Positions 59,167 through 64,000 of a stretch of DNA of 64,000 bases are shown here, in pieces; within the stretch, counting starts at the first letter, position 1, and every line of letters starts with the position of its first letter. Under the pieces are notes generated by a model. That model saw only the letters and a list, made by a program, of their open reading frames with translations, was not told where the DNA came from and did not search any database. A program made the position numbers and the translations under genes. The DNA comes from Tubulanus polymorphus (lineage: Eukaryota > Animalia > Nemertea). Location of the stretch: contig NC_134029.1 of assembly GCF_964204645.1 (NCBI RefSeq), forward strand, positions 11,310,850-11,374,849, in the 5' to 3' direction.

Positions 59167-59679
59167 TTACTCCCCGCCGGGGTTTTTCATTTCGTACAAC
59201 CCGCTCGAACCGAATCCGCTCGCAGATCGTTGTGTATCTTCGAGATTTTTGCAGACGACCATTTCTTGATGGGGATGAATTCTTACGATAACGAGTTGCA
59301 CGATTCTTTCCCCGCTAATGATTTTTTCGCTCTCGTTTCTTTTTTCGTTTTTTACCAACGCTTTGATTTCTCCTCGATAGTCCGAGTCTATAATTCCTTC
59401 GACCACGGTAACTCGTCTTTTGTACGCCAGTCCCGAACGACCGCATAATTTCCCGAAATAACCTTTCGGTATTTCGCAAGCGAAACCGGTGTTGATTAAC
59501 CGTTGTTCCATCGGCGCTATTGTTGTCGATTCGACGGAGTGAACGTCGAAACCAGCCGCATCGGTTGTCGCTTTTACCGGAACCCGCGCATCCGGGTGCA
59601 GTATTTTCAATTTGATCGGTGGTGTCTCCATACCTCTTTTCGATGTCCCCGTCGAACCGCTTCTGTTTATTCCGCGCAC
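59167..59679 (-). CDS. dut: dUTPase (true start probably the ATG of METPPIKLK)
   Basis: AAGFDV, GRSGLA, GIIDSDYRGEI, RIVQLV, RSASGFGSSG. Confidence 0.93.
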   Translation of the reverse strand: MRGINRSGSTGTSKRGMETPPIKLKILHPDARVPVKATTDAAGFDVHSVESTTIAPMEQRLINTGFACEIPKGYFGKLCGRSGLAYKRRVTVVEGIIDSDYRGEIKALVKNEKRNESEKIISGERIVQLVIVRIHPHQEMVVCKNLEDTQRSASGFGSSGLYEMKNPGGE

Positions 59680-59683
59680 GGTG

Positions 59684-60196
59684 TTACAGCATATATTTCC
59701 TGTTTAACACATTTCTTATGTATTCTCGGTCGAAGGTTTTGAATTTTTTTCCGAACGTTCTTTCGACAAATTTGTTCACGTACGTATCTTTATCGGAGAC
59801 TTTTCCTAACGTTTTGGCTATTTCTTCCATGCTGACCTCTTTACACCTCCAATATACGAAGAAAATCACGTGTTGCCCGCAAGCGCTGGACAGTACGTTT
59901 TGCAATCGCCTCGTATTCCATTTGAAGGCCTTTTTCCCGATGAATTTTATCAATTGTTTCTTACGCGGTTTTAATCCGTAAGAATCGGAATATTCGACCG
60001 GTTCGTTATTTTTCGGGAAATAAATTCCCACCCAATGCGATCCGGGTTGGTTTGACCTGTCTAAATTCACGACGTAAGCGCACGGTTTCTTCTTTCGCGA
60101 CTCGACGGGTAACATATCCAACGGACGAACGTTTACGAACACCCCTTTCGTAACGGGATGACTTTTTAGCGCTTCGCCGATTTCTTGATTATTCAT
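59684..60196 (-). CDS. Adenain-like cysteine maturation protease
   Basis: NLD...GSHWV, DSYG, LQ...ACG catalytic pattern. Confidence 0.9.
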   Translation of the reverse strand: MNNQEIGEALKSHPVTKGVFVNVRPLDMLPVESRKKKPCAYVVNLDRSNQPGSHWVGIYFPKNNEPVEYSDSYGLKPRKKQLIKFIGKKAFKWNTRRLQNVLSSACGQHVIFFVYWRCKEVSMEEIAKTLGKVSDKDTYVNKFVERTFGKKFKTFDREYIRNVLNRKYML

Positions 60197-61532
60197 TGTA
60201 GAAGACGTTTCGATCTTTATCTATTTCGACGATAGCGTCGTATTCCATGTAGGCGATAATCGTGAGACTGGACGCGTTCGGCGTTTTCAACCTCATGTCT
60301 AGACTTATATGACCTTCGCGGGTTAAGTTCATGTTTCCTCCATTCGTTTCATCCGGTGCTAAGTTGAAACCGAAAAATGTGAATCCTTTCATGTATTGTT
60401 TGTAGGATATACCGCACGAGCCGTACGCGAGGTTCCACTTATTTAAACTTTGCAACAGCGTGTAATACCCTTCGATGTACCCTTCTGTAGCGGTGAAATC
60501 TAACACGAACGGTTCGTGCGGAACCGATTGGCCGTTTTGCCTCAAGGCGACGTAATTGATTTTGAAATTATCGAAATCGAACGGGTTCATGTGTTTATTC
60601 CCGTTGAACGCGTCCGTTTTAACCACGCCGACGATGATTCGATTCGGCAAAGTTCCGCTCACCAGATTCGGCTCGGATATATCAGCACGGTTCCCTCCTC
60701 TCGTAAAATATTTGATGTCGATTTTTCGAACCGGATATTTCACGTTAACCGTTTTCAACCGCAGTTCGTGCGCTTCTCTAACGTGATCGGCTACCTTTTT
60801 CACGCCGACTAACAAATACGCTTTTTCGTATTGGATTTTATATTTCTTGTCCGCGGTTTTTGCCATCAGTACGAAATCCTCTTCCGAACGGTGTAATTTT
60901 ACGCCGATGCTCACTTTGCTGATGATATATTTCTACTGTTGAAATATTTCGTTGTGAATTCGACCGACGCAATGGAACGTACGACTTTCTTTGGTTCTCT
61001 CGTACCGAAACAGCGCCCCTTTATTATTCGCTGTTTTCGCTTTCACCGTATCGCCAACGACGTTCATATCGCCCTGGTCCTGGTAAAACATCATCGCGCC
61101 CAATTGATTTTTTTTCGCCTCTTGGCTGTGGGAAAACAGATTTTCCATGTACGATCGATACGCGTACATGTTATCGCTGTTTCCTATCGGTTTATTATTC
61201 ATCGTAACTTCCACTTGTCGAAAAGCGCTACCCGCGAAATTGCTGATCGGATACACGATAGTTTCATCGTCCGCCTTATCCTCCGACGGTAAATTGGCGC
61301 CGTTCTTGTCTACAATTTTCGCCGTGAGAACTACGAGCACGTTTTCCGTGTCGATATAGTCGTCGTTTCCGAGTGAAATTTTGAATTCGATCGGGCCGGA
61401 ACGATCTGTTGACGTTAGCGGGAAGAACTTTTCATATCTCGTTGCTTCAACGCTCGTTTGCGTGGGCGGTATTTCGAACAATTCTAATTCCGTTTTCGTG
61501 CAGTCACACGAGTCGTCGTCGAGTAGAGACAT
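60189..61532 (-). pseudogene. Major capsid protein of D, single in-frame TAG at 60933-60935
   Basis: Maverick-type start CTKTELELFEIPPTQTS; reads EIFQQ*KYIISKVSIGVKL; NPFDF motif. Confidence 0.85.
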
Positions 61533-61665
61533 CTTTACGCTCTTTCCGCGAACTACGTACGTATACTTCCCCGTTTACAGCGCCGTTTTTAAGAAAATAT
61601 GTCCGCCCGCGTGTTCTTTTTCTTTTTAGACGTTCGTGCCACGTTTTGTTTCCTCCGCTTTTTGT

Positions 61666-62069
61666 CTACTTTCCCGCCACTAATCGCTTTGTTCGACGCA
61701 TCGAGTTTTCGTTTGCCCGTTCGTTCTCCGTAGCGATGATATTCTTTAACGCCTCTTTTCCTAATTCGACTAGAGCGGCATTTCCTTTTTCTTCGACGGA
61801 TTCTTTCAAACTTTTCTCCCCGCTTAAAACATCGCTCACGACTTCGGCGCCGGTGCTTAGTAATGTTTTTCCCGCCGATTTTAACGCGCTTTTCGCTACT
61901 GGTAGCACCCTTTTCGCGACAACGGGAACGATTTTTTAATCAAACTGCCGAACAAACTACCTAAACCGTGCCCGTCTTGATACACGTCACCTTTGAATAC
62001 GGACAACCCCGCTCCGAAGTGCTGTTTATAAGCGTCCCTATCGGGAACGTAAGGATTGCGCGGTCTCAT
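61666..62069 (-). pseudogene. Gly-rich amphipathic core/membrane-lytic-like protein, frameshifted
   Basis: MRPRNPY...YQDGHGLGSLFGSLIKK then frameshift in an A run near 61935 into the 61666-61908 ORF. Confidence 0.65.
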
Positions 62070-62121
62070 CGTTTCTGCGTACGTACGTACCTCTCTCTCG
62101 GTTGTTTTCGTTTTCTTTTTT

Positions 62122-62934
62122 TTACTTTTCGACGAAGTGTAGCGTTACAATTACTTTACCGGATTCGAACTTGATCGGATCGCCGACGTCGTCCGTCAGT
62201 AAAATTTCGATTTCTTGAAAAAACGAGGAAGACACCGGGATATATCTGACCGGATAGAACGATTTAACTACGCGCCTGCCTCCTCGTTTGTAGTCGACCG
62301 GCACCGTTCGCAAAAGCGGCACCAACGTATCTCCGACGACCGTTAGATCGGCTAGATTGCAGTAAACGTACATGTTGTACATGGAGATTTTCATATCCGG
62401 TTTACTGTCCGCCGCTACTTCGTATACTTTTTCGTTCCCTCCGACGACTTTCTCTTTTCCGTACGCGAAAACCAGTTTATTTCTCCGAAACCCGAGTAGA
62501 TCGGCTAAGTACTCGTTCAATTCGATCATCTCTCCCTCTCGTAATTCGATGACGACTTTCCCGTTAGCTAGTTTGAATTTCCCGCGGAAGATTTTCGGTT
62601 TTCTCTTATTCATTTCCTCGATCAACACTTCTACATTATCGTAGCTTTTCGTCGTATATCGTTCCGGTAAGCATCCATCTTCTACCTTCGTCTCCGTACT
62701 GGTATCACCCGTGTTGGCCACCGCCACCTTGTATTCGCATCTTTTCGCGAGAATTTCCTCATTCCACGAAACCGGAAACGTGATCTCCGAGAGCCCGACT
62801 TTCCACTTTTGTTTGTCCAATTCTAACGGTTTCATCAACTCCGTCTTATAATGGTTCGTCTTATTATCGAACGAACTGTTCGTCGAGCGAACGTTGCTCG
62901 GCAAGACCATGTAAAATTCGTTAGTCGGCTTCAT
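62122..62934 (-). CDS. Minor capsid (penton) protein of D
   Basis: FYMVLPSN, WKVGLSEI, YVYCNL, VGDTLVPLLRTV, KVIVTLHF. Confidence 0.85.
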   Translation of the reverse strand: MKPTNEFYMVLPSNVRSTNSSFDNKTNHYKTELMKPLELDKQKWKVGLSEITFPVSWNEEILAKRCEYKVAVANTGDTSTETKVEDGCLPERYTTKSYDNVEVLIEEMNKRKPKIFRGKFKLANGKVVIELREGEMIELNEYLADLLGFRRNKLVFAYGKEKVVGGNEKVYEVAADSKPDMKISMYNMYVYCNLADLTVVGDTLVPLLRTVPVDYKRGGRRVVKSFYPVRYIPVSSSFFQEIEILLTDDVGDPIKFESGKVIVTLHFVEK

Positions 62935-62959
62935 TTATGTATGAGGCGTCCAAACGATC

Positions 62960-63831
62960 TTAGTTTTTCTTTTTCCGCGCGCTCTTCCTCGCACGCGTCG
63001 CCTCCCACTTGAGCGGCGGCGGCGACTGCGGCGGTGTCGGCAGGTCCTCCGGGCTGTCTTGGCGACGGCGTCGACGGCCGCGGTGATCTCCTTCGGCTAA
63101 CCGTGGTGGCGACTTACTTCTCTCTTTAACTAGCAATTTTCTCGGCAATGCTCTTCTCGGCGGCGGCGGCGGTGAAGACGATCTGTCACGCTCGCCTTTC
63201 GAGAACTGCGGACGATTATTCGGCGACGATTTTTTTTCTTCAACCGTTGATTTGTCTCCCACCGGCGTTGATTTGTATTTTTCGGGCGAACGATCGGCTC
63301 TAATCATCCGCGCCTCAGAGCTACTTTCGTACGATATCCAACTAGTCGGCACACCGATGTCGATAAGTTTACGTTTCAATTGATCGCTTGCCGATGGTTT
63401 CACGAACGCGAAAATTTCAGGTTTAACCAAATATTCGAGCGCGCGTATAATGTTACTGTTCGCCAATGGTTTTCCGTCGATGATAATTTCCAAAGTAACC
63501 GGGTGCCAGTCGATTTCGTGCGCGTGTCTATCGATGTACCGTTCGACGATGGCTTTCGCGTGAACGTTATCTCTGATCAACGCGGAATTGTCGTACAATT
63601 CCCTCTTTTCGTCGGGTTCGAGACGTTTCTGGATTTTCCGGGTTCCCACCTACGTGCTTGATCGAACAGTTTAACTCTTAAATCCACCGGTAGTGTATCT
63701 TCTCGAGAAACATTCTCCTCCCCCTCCTCCTCCACCACCTCGTCGTCGTCGTCGTACGATTTCTTACATTTCTTAACGTATTCCTCGAGCGGAATTATTA
63801 CGCTTTCGCTGAACCCTTTGTTCTGCCCCAT
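62960..63831 (-). pseudogene. Conserved Maverick protein (PW-like) with basic Pro-rich tail, frameshifted near 63650
   Basis: IDW...EIIIDGKPLANSNII motif; two overlapping ORFs. Confidence 0.6.
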
Positions 63832-64000
63832 TGTTCGATTAACGAACGACTACGCGTTCATTTCATAGCCGCGTTCAACGCGATGCCGAAGAGCTCCCAT
63901 AAAGGGCCGTCAAAAAAACTCCCCGACTTGCGGCTTCCCCCCCCCCCCGTTGTTTGAGAATCCGTTTTCTTTCGCGCAACGATAATTTACTATCGGCAAA

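Larger units (their letters stand above)
59050..64000 (-). mobile_element. Polinton/Maverick element D (GC/CpG-rich, classical type), continues past window end
   Basis: Gene run PW-like, penton, core protein, MCP, adenain, dUTPase; sharp composition shift. Confidence 0.9.

Overview
Eukaryotic (probably invertebrate animal) repeat-rich DNA with no recognisable host gene. It is a nest of five Polinton/Maverick-type endogenous DNA viruses. Four are AT-rich relatives: A (1-11781, left end outside the window, decayed), E (15967-~19718, truncated), B (21797-38347, complete, 121-bp TIRs, TTTGGT TSD) and C (41387-~58828, intact 1345-aa pPolB, internal deletions). The fifth, D, is a GC/CpG-rich classical Maverick with adenain protease and dUTPase (probable left end 19834, genes 59167 onward). 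B and C sit inside one non-coding LTR retroelement (21194-59045, ACTT TSD), which appears to sit inside D. Highlights: (1) a full LAGLIDADG intein in the YFD/TD active site of B's protein-primed polymerase, with empty alleles nearby; (2) a poxvirus VLTF3-like gene plus TAAATG at nearly every start codon; (3) long fold-back hairpins at the A and C termini; (4) swapping of TIR+pPolB modules on a shared capsid/membrane-protein module; (5) a conserved structured non-coding motif. All family calls come from motif recognition by eye, not database searches.
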